Assembly: GCA_964492195.1 (NCBI GenBank) | Contig: CAZBJL010000002.1 | Span: 25,472-89,471 of the forward strand | Source of the DNA: an uncultured Candidatus Saccharibacteria bacterium | Lineage (GTDB): Bacteria; Patescibacteriota; Minisyncoccia; Phycocordibacterales; DATGWK01 | Length of the DNA stretch: 64,000 nt | Direction: 5' to 3' | In this document: positions 36,331 to 45,453 of the stretch, one piece after another | Layout: the number at the start of each line of letters is the position of its first letter | How positions within the stretch are numbered: position 1 is the stretch's first letter | Notes under the pieces: generated by a model | What the model was told of the DNA's origin: nothing | What the model saw: the letters and a program-made list of their open reading frames with translations, nothing else | Database searches by the model: none | Translations under genes and position numbers: made by a program

Positions 36331-39300
36331 ATGGCCGGATTATTCAAAAATAAAATCATAAAAGGAAAGATTGAACGGTTTGAAATACCCGATTTTGACC
36401 AGAAGCTCTCGGTAGTTAAATCCTGGTCTGATGCCTACAATGCAGGGGAACTTCAAAAGAAAAATGAGACCCAGTGCGAGCAGGCTTTCAATCAAGATTT
36501 TTTCATAAACATCCTTGGCTACTCGGCTTTTCCAAAAGAAAACTACACTATTCAGCCTAAAGACAATGTGGAAAGTGGAGGCGGTCAGATGCCTGACGCA
36601 ACGCTCGGCTATTTCGGCAAAGAGGGAAAGCGTGTTGTGGCCGTCGTTGAAATAAAAGACGCCAATACATCTCTTGATAAGTCGCAGTATCGGGAAGGTA
36701 GCCTGAGTCCAATCCAGCAGGCTTTCAAATACAAACCTCAATTCAAGGAGTGTGGTTTTGTTATAGCTACGAACTTTTTTGAACTCCGATTATTCCGAGA
36801 TAATCAACTCGATTACGAAAAATTTACACTCACGGAGCTAATCGACCCAAAAGATAATTATTACAATTTTCGCAAATTCTTTTTTCTCCTGAATGTTCAG
36901 AATTTTGTAACGGAAAAGGGGCAGACAGAAACCGAAATGCTTCTTTCGGCTATTCGTGTTGAGCAAGAAAAAATTACGAACCGGTTTTATGCGCAGTATA
37001 AGGAACTCCGTGAAAGTCTAATTACCGACATCGTAGAAAACAATAAAGACATTAAGCGGCCGGACTTTTATGGTTATATCGTTGAAAAGGCGCAGAAAAT
37101 TGTAGACCGAATAGTGTTCATATGTTTCTTCGAGGACTCCGGATTGTTGCCAGAGAATAAATTGGTCGAGGTTGTTGAGTATTCGCAAAAAAGCCAGTTG
37201 AGCGAACCGATTTGGGAAACCCTAAAAAAGTTCTTTAAGGCTGTAGATGAGGGAAGTGACCGGTTGGGAGTGCCGAACGGATATAACGGTGAACTTTTTA
37301 AGCAGGACAATGACCTTGATAGGCTGAAGGTAAGCGACTCAATTTGCAAACGCTTCATCGAACTTACGAATTTTGATTTTCAGGAAGACCTCTCGGTTAA
37401 CATTCTTGGTCACATTTTTGAGCAATCTATTACCGACCTTGAGAGACTGAAACAGTATTCAGAAGCAAGCACAATCACTGTCAGTAAAAAGGACACAAAG
37501 CGTAAAAAGGATGGAATTTTTTATACACCGGAGTATGTTGTTGATTACATTGTTAAAAACTCGTTGGGTAAATTCTTGTTTGAAAAAGAGACCGAAATTT
37601 TACAGAAGTTTAATCTTGACGACAAAAGGGTAAAAGAAGCTGGCTACAATAAAAAATTGGCACAAGCGTACTCGGAGTACAGTCAGTTTTTGAGAGGCGT
37701 GAAAATTCTTGACCCCGCTTGTGGCTCCGGAGCTTTTTTGGTAAAAGTGTTCGATTACTTACTTGCCGAACATAAAAGAGTTTTCAAGGTCGTTAATGAA
37801 GCGGAGGGACTAGACGGCAATAGCGCGTTACTTTCTGAAGAGAGTTACATAAAGCCGATTTTGGAAAACAATATTTTCGGTGTAGACCTTAACCCTGAGA
37901 GCGTCGAAATAACCAAGCTTTCGCTATGGCTCAAGTCGGCTCAAAAAGGTCAGAAGCTTATTACGCTCAAAGGAAATATAAAATGTGGCAACAGTTTGAT
38001 TGATGATTCGCAGATTGCAGGTGAACGAGCTTTCAATTGGTCTGCCGAGTTTCCATCAGTTATGAATGAAGGGGGCTTTGATGTTGTCGTTGGTAATCCT
38101 CCATATGTATTTGCCCGCGGTGGTAATTTCAATGAAAAAGAAAAGGAATACTATTACGGAAAATATAAGCTCGCAAACTATCAGATAAATACCTTCCTTC
38201 TTTTTATCGAGTTATCCAGGGGTTTGTTAAAGAAAAATGGTGAACTCGGTTTCATTATCCCGAACAACTGGCTCACGATAAGTTCCTTCGCGCCATTGAG
38301 AGAATTTATCATCAAAGAAAATGGCGATGTTCACATCTACAATGCGGTAGATAAAATATTCAACCAAGCCAGTGTAGATACTTGTTTGTTGTTTTTGAAA
38401 AAAGCTGAACCAACTACTGTCGTTCTTGGCGAACTTACAGCAGAAGAGGTAACGGTCGTGTCTGAGTCAAAACCCGAAGCATTTTTTGGCAACGATTTTA
38501 TATTGAGAATTGCTCACAAAGACAAGGTAGCAATAAAGTTTAAAAATTGTATTTCTTTGAAAGAAATTGCAACCGTAAAATCAGGGCTGAAAGCTTACGA
38601 GGTTGGAAAAGGTATCCCACAGCAGACGAAAGAAATGAAAGACACTCGAGTTTATCATTCGACGACATCTAATGGCGTGGATTGGCTTAAATACCTAGAG
38701 GGAGCAGATGTTGTCCGTTATCATCTTGGTTGGTCTGGCGAATATATCAAATATGGTCATAACCTAGCGGCTCAAAGGAGTTTGGAGCTATTTAATAGCC
38801 CAAGAATTGTGGTTCGCCAGATACCCTCGCGGCCGCCTTACTGCATAAATGCAATTTATTCAAAAGACATATATATAAACGACATCAATAGCCACAATAT
38901 TCTAAATATAAAAAGTGATTACCCTTATTTATACGTTCTTGGTGTTATCAATTCGGCGTTGCTGTCTCACTGGTTTGTAAATACCTTTGATAAATTCCAG
39001 AGAAAGATTTTTCCTCAATTTAAGGTTAATGAGCTTGAGCAATTTCCAATCGCAGAGGCGACGGATAAGGACAAAAATTCACTAGAGGTTCTTGTTGGAA
39101 ATACAATTTTGGCTAATGACGAGTTCTACTCAAAACTTAACAAGAGCAAAGAGCTTTTACGCATTGAGCTTAGTCTTGAAAAATTACCGACAAAACTCAA
39201 TCATTTCTATGAATTTTCATTTGACGAAGTGCTCAAGATTTCAAAAGCATCATTGAGTTTGGATAAAAAATCAGAACTCATGGATTTCTTCACAAAACAA

Positions 39301-39432
39301 AAAGACGAACTAAAAAATCTTAACGGTCGAATCGTTGCTTTAGACCAAGAGATTGACGAGCTTGTCTATAAGGTCTATGGGCTTTTAGCCGACGAAATCA
39401 AGGTTGTAGAAGACTTCAAAAAGAACAAATGA
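36331..39432 (+). CDS. Type IIG restriction-modification enzyme (fused endonuclease, N6-adenine MTase, TRD)
   Basis: 'PD...VEIK' nuclease, 'YNGELF', 'GIFYTP', 'DPACGSGAF', 'GNPPY', TaqI-C-like TRD. Confidence 0.92.
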   Translation: MAGLFKNKIIKGKIERFEIPDFDQKLSVVKSWSDAYNAGELQKKNETQCEQAFNQDFFINILGYSAFPKENYTIQPKDNVESGGGQMPDATLGYFGKEGKRVVAVVEIKDANTSLDKSQYREGSLSPIQQAFKYKPQFKECGFVIATNFFELRLFRDNQLDYEKFTLTELIDPKDNYYNFRKFFFLLNVQNFVTEKGQTETEMLLSAIRVEQEKITNRFYAQYKELRESLITDIVENNKDIKRPDFYGYIVEKAQKIVDRIVFICFFEDSGLLPENKLVEVVEYSQKSQLSEPIWETLKKFFKAVDEGSDRLGVPNGYNGELFKQDNDLDRLKVSDSICKRFIELTNFDFQEDLSVNILGHIFEQSITDLERLKQYSEASTITVSKKDTKRKKDGIFYTPEYVVDYIVKNSLGKFLFEKETEILQKFNLDDKRVKEAGYNKKLAQAYSEYSQFLRGVKILDPACGSGAFLVKVFDYLLAEHKRVFKVVNEAEGLDGNSALLSEESYIKPILENNIFGVDLNPESVEITKLSLWLKSAQKGQKLITLKGNIKCGNSLIDDSQIAGERAFNWSAEFPSVMNEGGFDVVVGNPPYVFARGGNFNEKEKEYYYGKYKLANYQINTFLLFIELSRGLLKKNGELGFIIPNNWLTISSFAPLREFIIKENGDVHIYNAVDKIFNQASVDTCLLFLKKAEPTTVVLGELTAEEVTVVSESKPEAFFGNDFILRIAHKDKVAIKFKNCISLKEIATVKSGLKAYEVGKGIPQQTKEMKDTRVYHSTTSNGVDWLKYLEGADVVRYHLGWSGEYIKYGHNLAAQRSLELFNSPRIVVRQIPSRPPYCINAIYSKDIYINDINSHNILNIKSDYPYLYVLGVINSALLSHWFVNTFDKFQRKIFPQFKVNELEQFPIAEATDKDKNSLEVLVGNTILANDEFYSKLNKSKELLRIELSLEKLPTKLNHFYEFSFDEVLKISKASLSLDKKSELMDFFTKQKDELKNLNGRIVALDQEIDELVYKVYGLLADEIKVVEDFKKNK

Positions 39433-40901
39433 AAGCCATAATCCTCGCCAGAGTTTCGGATAAAAAACAGGACTCAAACGAGGCTCAACTTTCACGAATA
39501 CTTTCGTATGCCAAGAGTAAGAATTTAGAAAAATGGAAAGTTTTTGAGCTAGAGGAGTCGTCCACTAAAGGTGTTAGAAAAAAGTTTCAGGAAATAATCG
39601 ACATCATCCGAGCATCCAAAGAGATAATCGCGCTTGTTGTTGATACGGTAGACCGACTGCAAAGGAGTTTTCAGGAATCGGTTGTTTTCGACGAACTTCG
39701 CAGAGAAGGAAAGGTAGAAATACATTTTTTTAGAGAAAATTTAATCATCAACAAAAAATCGAATAGCGCAGACATTCTTCGTTGGGATATGGGCGTCATG
39801 TTCGCCAAAAGCTACGTGTTGCAACTCAGCGACAACGTCAAAAGGAAGCAGGACAAAATGCGAGAAGATGGAGATATAACCGGAGCGCCGCCAATCGGCT
39901 ACGAGAGTGTATATAACGAAGCAGAAAAGAAGAGAAGAATCGATGTTATTCCAGACGAAAAAGCACACTACATCGTTAAAATTTTTGAAGAATACGCAAA
40001 GGGTGACGTGTCAGTAAAAACACTTTCAGAACGGATGTATAACGTCGGCTTGAGGAGCAAGACTGGCGTGAAGGTTAATCACGCAATGATTTTCAAAATT
40101 TTGAACGACACTTTCTATCACGGTGAAGCTTATTCGCGTACGCACAAACTCAGGTATCGTCACAAGTTCAAGTCAATAATCACAAAGGAACTTTTTGATA
40201 GATGTCAGGCTGTGATGGCGAAACACAATAAAGTACCGACAAAATATGCCTCGATGCCCTTTATGTTCGGAGGAGGCTCTGTTACGTGCGCACATTGTGG
40301 CGGTACTGTCGGGGGACAACTTAAAAAGGGTAAATACGTCTATTACAGTTGTTCTGGGTACAAGAAGTGTAAGAGGGTATACGTAACCGAAGAAGAGCTT
40401 GTGGGGCAGGTATACGGCGTTCTAGACAACCTGGAGCTACCTGATGACAGGATTGAAGAAATCACTGCCGGTCTAAAGGAAATCGGCGAGAACGAGAACA
40501 AATTTTATCGAACCAATATAACCGGCCTCAGGGCGGAATATGACAAGTACGATGCAAGAATAAAGAAAATGTACGAAGACCGGCTCGACGGACGTATTAC
40601 GGAAGATTTGTATGACAGTTATTTAAGAGAGTACAAAGAAAAACAGGCTGAACTCTTGAGTCAGATGCAAGACCACTCGAGCGCTGACGAACAATTCTAT
40701 ATAACCGCGAATATGACTTTGAATATAGCCCAAAGAGCCAAAGAGATATTCTTGAGTTCTGAACCCGAGGAGAAAAGGCAATTTTTGGGTTTTCTACTTC
40801 AGAACTGTACCCTAGACGAGAAAAAGCTATATTTCTCCCTACGTTCACCCTTTAATTTCATATCGGATTACACCGATAATACTACGTTGCGGAGGAGGTG
40901 A
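39429..40901 (+). CDS. Large serine recombinase (integrase)
   Basis: 'ARVS' catalytic Ser, 'DRLQR', recombinase domain, CxxC...YYSC zinc ribbon, coiled coil; stop lies inside tRNA-Ser. Confidence 0.95.
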   Translation: MKAIILARVSDKKQDSNEAQLSRILSYAKSKNLEKWKVFELEESSTKGVRKKFQEIIDIIRASKEIIALVVDTVDRLQRSFQESVVFDELRREGKVEIHFFRENLIINKKSNSADILRWDMGVMFAKSYVLQLSDNVKRKQDKMREDGDITGAPPIGYESVYNEAEKKRRIDVIPDEKAHYIVKIFEEYAKGDVSVKTLSERMYNVGLRSKTGVKVNHAMIFKILNDTFYHGEAYSRTHKLRYRHKFKSIITKELFDRCQAVMAKHNKVPTKYASMPFMFGGGSVTCAHCGGTVGGQLKKGKYVYYSCSGYKKCKRVYVTEEELVGQVYGVLDNLELPDDRIEEITAGLKEIGENENKFYRTNITGLRAEYDKYDARIKKMYEDRLDGRITEDLYDSYLREYKEKQAELLSQMQDHSSADEQFYITANMTLNIAQRAKEIFLSSEPEEKRQFLGFLLQNCTLDEKKLYFSLRSPFNFISDYTDNTTLRRR

Positions 40902-40974
40902 GATTCGAACTCACGGTCCCTTGCGAGACTCTCGTTTTCAAGACGAGCGCGTTAGACCACTCTGCCACTCCTCC
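40890..40974 (-). tRNA. tRNA-Ser(TGA)
   Basis: GGAGGAG/CTCCTCC acceptor, CTCGT-CT TGA AA-ACGAG, long variable arm. Confidence 0.95.
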
Positions 40975-40979
40975 ATATA

Positions 40980-41249
40980 TTATTTTGTTTCACTCACAAC
41001 CTCTTCTTCTACTGTGTACTTTCTCGCAATGAAATAAATGTAAATTATTTCTAAAATTCCCACGGTGTTGGCGATCATGATTACGATAAACCACCACTTG
41101 TGCGAAAGGCGAGCTGCTTTCCAGAGCGCGACGCCTTTCCACGCGAGGGTCCAGACAAGAATCGCTATCAAGGCAATTGGATTTGCTTGAAGAAATCCAA
41201 GAATTCCTGAATCTTCGCCTGAAGCGAACTGTGTAAGTACATCCATCAT
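40980..41249 (-). CDS. DUF5652-like small membrane protein
   Basis: 'WTLAWKGVALWKAAR...WF.....NT.GILEIIY'. Confidence 0.85.
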   Translation of the reverse strand: MMDVLTQFASGEDSGILGFLQANPIALIAILVWTLAWKGVALWKAARLSHKWWFIVIMIANTVGILEIIYIYFIARKYTVEEEVVSETK

Positions 41250-41361
41250 ATTTTTGCTTGAAACTGCCGAAGTGCTCTGGCGTTACTGCCGGAGAACACA
41301 GGCGAGTGTCCTTTACTATACCGAAATTTTGCCTGTTCGCAATCAGATGTACAATGGTCGC

Positions 41362-41745
41362 ATGACACGATTAATGGGAATTGATTACGGTTCGAAAAGG
41401 GTTGGCATCTCTCTTTCTGACGAAAGTCACACGATTGCGATGCCAAAAGCGACATTTCCCAATGATCGAAATCTTTTTGGTTCAATAAAAACGCTCTGCA
41501 AGGGCCATGATGTGGAAGCGATTGTTATTGGAGAATCAAAAGACTATAAAGGAAATGACAATCCAATCATGAAAGACATTACTTTTTTTAAAGGCGAACT
41601 CGAGCGCGAATTACATCTTCCGGTTTACCTTCAACCTGAATACATGACGAGTCATGAAGCGGCTCGAACACAAGACGACAAAACACTTCTCGATGTATCT
41701 GCCGCAGCACTTATTTTGCAAAGTTACCTCGATAAGAAAAAATAG
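41362..41745 (+). CDS. yqgF: YqgF/RuvX pre-16S rRNA nuclease
   Basis: 'MGIDYGSKRVGISLSD', 'E.MTS.EA', 'D..AA.LILQSYLD'. Confidence 0.92.
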   Translation: MTRLMGIDYGSKRVGISLSDESHTIAMPKATFPNDRNLFGSIKTLCKGHDVEAIVIGESKDYKGNDNPIMKDITFFKGELERELHLPVYLQPEYMTSHEAARTQDDKTLLDVSAAALILQSYLDKKK

Positions 41746-41771
41746 GTTTGTTTGTATTTGTATTTCTACCC

Positions 41772-41816
41772 CAATAAACTCCGCCGGGGCGGGGCCCGCT
41801 CCGGCGGAGTTTATTG
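41772..41816. repeat. GC-rich palindrome
   Basis: CAATAAACTCCGCCGG...CCGGCGGAGTTTATTG perfect 16-bp arms. Confidence 0.8.
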
Positions 41817-41843
41817 AAAAAAACACATGTTATAATTTTTTGA

Positions 41844-42860
41844 ATGAAGAGTTTACGTTTCTTTGATTTTTTTCCGCCGCCGAAATTCCTTGTCATGCCT
41901 GCTGTCGGCATTTCAGTTGAGAGTACTGCTCTCCGCGTTGTTTCATTTGAAAAAAAACACAACGCACTTACGTTGAAAAGTATCGATGAAATTAAACTCG
42001 AACCCGGAGTAATCGTCGCTGGTGATATTGCCAAACCCGACAAACTCGTAAGTGTGCTCAAAGATATTCGAAGCACATACGGCGCTCATTTTGCCCGCCT
42101 CGCATTGCCAGAAGAAAAAGCCTACGTGTACGAAACCGTTATTCCATTACCAGAAGAAGGGGATTTGCAGGATGCGGTTGAATTTTCTCTCGACCAAAAT
42201 ATTCCACTCAAAGCAACAGACGTTGTGTTTGATTTTGAAATTATCGAAGGACCATTTGCAGTAAATAATGTGCAGTCTGTCCGCGTTGTGGTTTCGGCGT
42301 ATTCAAAAGGTGTTGCTGAAACATGGGTTGAACTTTTAAAACAGGCGAGGATCACACCTCTTTCTTTTGCTACAGAATCGCAGGCAGTGGCTCGGGCTGT
42401 AGTGCCGCACGGCGACACAGAGGCGTCTCTCCTTGTTCACTTTTTGAAAGACAAAACAATTATTGCGATTTCTTCTGGAGGTCTTGTGCGGTTTACAACA
42501 ACGGTTTCTTCTTCGCTTGAAAATTCCGACAAAATTCTCAAATCTCACGAAGGTGAAAAAATTGCCGAATCTGTTGAGCTTCTTTCTGTGTCTGACGAAG
42601 TAAAAAAAGTGTATTCATATTGGATTTCGAGGTCTGGAGTGAAATCAAAAAATGATTCAGGAAAAATTAAAGCATTGGTAGTGAGTGGCCACGTCGGAGA
42701 CATGACTGACGTTGCGGATTATCTTGGTAAAAATATCGGAATCCCCGCACGACGTGGGAATGTCTGGGTAAATGCATTTTCTCTCGATGCTGTCGTACCA
42801 TCGATACCGTTCGAAGAGTCTTTGCTTTTTTCTGCTGCGATCGGCGCGGCATTGTCATAA
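41844..42860 (+). CDS. pilM: Type IV pilus assembly protein PilM
   Basis: Actin-like fold, 'IPL...DVVFDF', 'ESQAVARA', C-terminal 'AAIGAAL'; first gene of a pilMNO-like operon. Confidence 0.8.
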   Translation: MKSLRFFDFFPPPKFLVMPAVGISVESTALRVVSFEKKHNALTLKSIDEIKLEPGVIVAGDIAKPDKLVSVLKDIRSTYGAHFARLALPEEKAYVYETVIPLPEEGDLQDAVEFSLDQNIPLKATDVVFDFEIIEGPFAVNNVQSVRVVVSAYSKGVAETWVELLKQARITPLSFATESQAVARAVVPHGDTEASLLVHFLKDKTIIAISSGGLVRFTTTVSSSLENSDKILKSHEGEKIAESVELLSVSDEVKKVYSYWISRSGVKSKNDSGKIKALVVSGHVGDMTDVADYLGKNIGIPARRGNVWVNAFSLDAVVPSIPFEESLLFSAAIGAALS

Positions 42861-42864
42861 ATAT

Positions 42865-43401
42865 ATGCTCAATATTCTTCCGAGAGAACAAAAAATAATT
42901 TTGAGAAAAGAGTATCGACTCCGACGCATTGCAGTGTGGCTTGGACTCGTACTTGTTTCACTCGCAGTTTCACTCGTGCTTTTAGTGCCCTCGTATTTCA
43001 TATATAGAGTCAAAGCAGGGGACGTTCGAGGTGAGCTCGAACGTTCGCGAAAAGTGTTGGAGGCCGATCTTCAAACAGGGGAATCGGCTGCAGAAGTTGC
43101 GGAGGCGCTAAAAAATGTGGAGGAATTAAAACCGTTTACTCCTCGCACGTCTGTTTATTCTTTGATGCGAATTTTTGAAGGGAAGCCACAAACGATTCGA
43201 ATTCTCGACATCACATTTCTTGCAAAAGCTGTCGACAAGCCAACTATTGTGCTCCGTGGTATTGCCGCTGACCGTGAAAGCCTCACCACGTTTAGCCGAG
43301 CACTTGAAAGTCGTTCAGAGTTCGGTTCTATCGACTTGCCCGTTTCGAATTTTGCCAAAGAGCGAAATATCGATTTTTCTATGACTATCACCGTAAAATA
43401 A
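42865..43401 (+). CDS. pilN: PilN-like protein
   Basis: 'MLNILP' motif, TM, 'GIAADRESL..F...LE'. Confidence 0.75.
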   Translation: MLNILPREQKIILRKEYRLRRIAVWLGLVLVSLAVSLVLLVPSYFIYRVKAGDVRGELERSRKVLEADLQTGESAAEVAEALKNVEELKPFTPRTSVYSLMRIFEGKPQTIRILDITFLAKAVDKPTIVLRGIAADRESLTTFSRALESRSEFGSIDLPVSNFAKERNIDFSMTITVK

Positions 43402-43947
43402 ATGAAAACGCTTTCAACAAAAAAAATCATTATCATTTCCGCAATTCTGATTGTGGTATTAATCGCAGGACACTTTGTGGTGTTTGGATTTATAAAAAAT
43501 TCTGCAACGACCGTTTCTACATTGGAGCGCGATATTAATTCACTGCAAGCTCAAGCAGTTGAGTTTTCAAAATACAGTCCAGAAGATCTCAAAAAACTCG
43601 CCGAGTCTGTGAACAGTCGAATTATTTCGCACACAGATTTTGTTAGTTTTATCGAAAAAATTGAGGCCACTGGTCGGGTACAGAATGTTCCCGTCATCGT
43701 TCGGTCTGTTAACGTTGAACCACGAAACATTGAAGACACCGCTGATGATAAAGAAATCATGCGTCTCAAACTTGAAACAACAGGAACATGGGAAAATACC
43801 CAGCGCTATATTAATTATCTCGAACATTTGCCGTACAAAATCGCTATCACCAACCTCGGCCTTTCAATACTCAAAACAGAAGGGAAGGCGAGCAGTACGC
43901 CGACCTGGCGTGGGCAAATTGAATTAACTGCACTGAAATTCAAATGA
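43402..43947 (+). CDS. pilO: PilO-like protein
   Basis: TM, coiled coil, 'G.W.....YI..LE.LPY'. Confidence 0.7.
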   Translation: MKTLSTKKIIIISAILIVVLIAGHFVVFGFIKNSATTVSTLERDINSLQAQAVEFSKYSPEDLKKLAESVNSRIISHTDFVSFIEKIEATGRVQNVPVIVRSVNVEPRNIEDTADDKEIMRLKLETTGTWENTQRYINYLEHLPYKIAITNLGLSILKTEGKASSTPTWRGQIELTALKFK

Positions 43948-44267
43948 AACTTTTCAATAAAGAAAAAAAACCAAGTAAAAATATCGTAAAGCCAAAGTCG
44001 ACTATGGCGGAAGTTACGATGCGCGATTGGAAGTTAATGCTCATCGTGTTTACCGTGCTCATTGTGTGCGCCGTTGGGATAGACGGATATCTTTCAGTAC
44101 GGGTGAATAGGGGCGACTTTTTTGTGGTGGAGCCGGAGTCTACAGTTAACCCAGCTACTGCGGGAAGGAAGAGTCTTCTCGATGCTGACAACTTTTTTGT
44201 GAATCGGGAGAAGGAGTACGAAAACTTCAAAGCCTCTGCCGTGCCCGAAATTGACCCCTCTATATAG
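43944..44267 (+). CDS. Single-TM protein of the pil operon
   Basis: ATGA-coupled to pilO; 'RDW' + TM; ends in 'DPS'. Confidence 0.6.
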   Translation: MKLFNKEKKPSKNIVKPKSTMAEVTMRDWKLMLIVFTVLIVCAVGIDGYLSVRVNRGDFFVVEPESTVNPATAGRKSLLDADNFFVNREKEYENFKASAVPEIDPSI

Positions 44268-44287
44268 CCCTGGTATATTTCGACAAG

Positions 44288-44359
44288 GTCCTCGTAGCTC
44301 AACGGATAGAGCAGTGCTCTTCTAAGGCATTGATGTAGGTTCGATTCCTACCGAGGGCA
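44288..44359 (+). tRNA. tRNA-Arg(TCT)
   Basis: GTCCTCG/CGAGGGC acceptor; loop CT-TCT-AA. Confidence 0.93.
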
Positions 44360-44386
44360 GAGAATTTGCGTATAAATTGTTATGAG

Positions 44387-45157
44387 ATGGAATTAGACGG
44401 CCCTATTTTAGACAAAATTAAAATCTCTTTTTCAGATAACGTGGATTTTTCGGAGTATCCATTTTCTCTGGACATCGTTAGAAATTTGAAAGATATCGTT
44501 TTTTCGTCACAAGTTACTTTTTTTATTGGTGAAAACGGAACGGGTAAATCAACCATTTTGGAAGCAATAGCGAGTAAGTCGGGATTTGGCAGAGAAGGAG
44601 GAAGTAAGAACATAAATTTTAACACCGCAGATAATTCCTTTTATTCCGAAATTCAAAAGTTGTCGGATTGCATGACGTTGTCCTGGAGGAAGAAAACAAA
44701 AGACGGGTATTTTTTTAGAGCAGAAAGTTTTTTTAATCTCGCAAATCACATCGATCATCTTGAGAAAGAAGGAGGTCAGCGCGCCGGGGTCGCATATTCT
44801 CCCTATGGTGGGAAGTCGTTACATAAACAATCTCACGGCGAGAGTTTTTTCTCTTTTTTCAAAAATAGGTTAGGTGGCGGAGGGTTTTATATTCTTGATG
44901 AACCAGAAGCAGCTCTTTCTCCGCAACGTCAACTTGCTCTACTGATCATAATAAATGATTTGTGTAAAAATCCTGAAACACAATTTCTTATAGCTACTCA
45001 TTCTCCGATATTGCTTGCGTTTCCGAATTCAACTATTTATTCATGTGATGGAAGTGCATTAGAGAAAATCGACTATAAAAAAACTGATCATTACGAAATA
45101 ACCAAAGGGTTTCTCAATAATCCGGAGCAATACTTAAAACGTTTATTGCGGGATTAG
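44387..45157 (+). CDS. Stand-alone ABC/AAA ATPase (COG3910-like)
   Basis: 'GENGTGKST', 'FFRAESF', 'SHGESF', 'LDEPEAALSP', 'ATHSP'. Confidence 0.9.
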   Translation: MELDGPILDKIKISFSDNVDFSEYPFSLDIVRNLKDIVFSSQVTFFIGENGTGKSTILEAIASKSGFGREGGSKNINFNTADNSFYSEIQKLSDCMTLSWRKKTKDGYFFRAESFFNLANHIDHLEKEGGQRAGVAYSPYGGKSLHKQSHGESFFSFFKNRLGGGGFYILDEPEAALSPQRQLALLIIINDLCKNPETQFLIATHSPILLAFPNSTIYSCDGSALEKIDYKKTDHYEITKGFLNNPEQYLKRLLRD

Positions 45158-45170
45158 AGTATTTCAGGAT

Positions 45171-45210
45171 AATTAAAACAACCAAACTTTAACGTTTGGT
45201 TGTTTTAATT
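45171..45210. terminator. Bidirectional terminator
   Basis: AATTAAAACAACCAAAC-TTTAAC-GTTTGGTTGTTTTAATT. Confidence 0.75.
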
Positions 45211-45214
45211 AATG

Positions 45215-45287
45215 TGCGGGCTGAGGGACTTGAACCCCCGACCTTCTCAGTGTAAATGAGTTGCTCTACCAACTGAGCTAAGCCCGC
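45215..45287 (-). tRNA. tRNA-Val(TAC)
   Basis: GCGGGCT/AGCCCGC acceptor; CTCA-TT TAC AC-TGAG. Confidence 0.93.
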
Positions 45288-45341
45288 ATGACGTACCTTC
45301 GATTTTCAAGAAAGCTGATTACCACTGTCTAGTTCAACGAC

Positions 45342-45365
45342 CTACCAAGACAGCTAAGCCCACAT
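45342..45365 (-). repeat. Degenerate copy of the tRNA-Val 5' end
   Basis: ATGTGGGCTTAGCTGTCTTGGTAG vs tRNA ATGCGGGCTTAGCTCAGTTGGTAG, 76 bp upstream. Confidence 0.8.
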
Positions 45366-45453
45366 TCTTTTAGTCCGCATTGTGTTGCGGTCCTGTGAGA
45401 ATACTAGACAAAGCCGATTTTTTCAACTGGAGCAGGCGTGCTAGTATCAAAAA

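Larger units (their letters stand above)
32410..40892. mobile_element. ~8.5 kb integrative element in tRNA-Ser (LSR + Xis + RCR Rep + type IIG R-M + DUF3800)
   Basis: Recombinase runs into the tRNA-Ser 3' end; TGCGG core at 32410-32414 and 40888-40892; typical MGE gene set. Confidence 0.8.
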
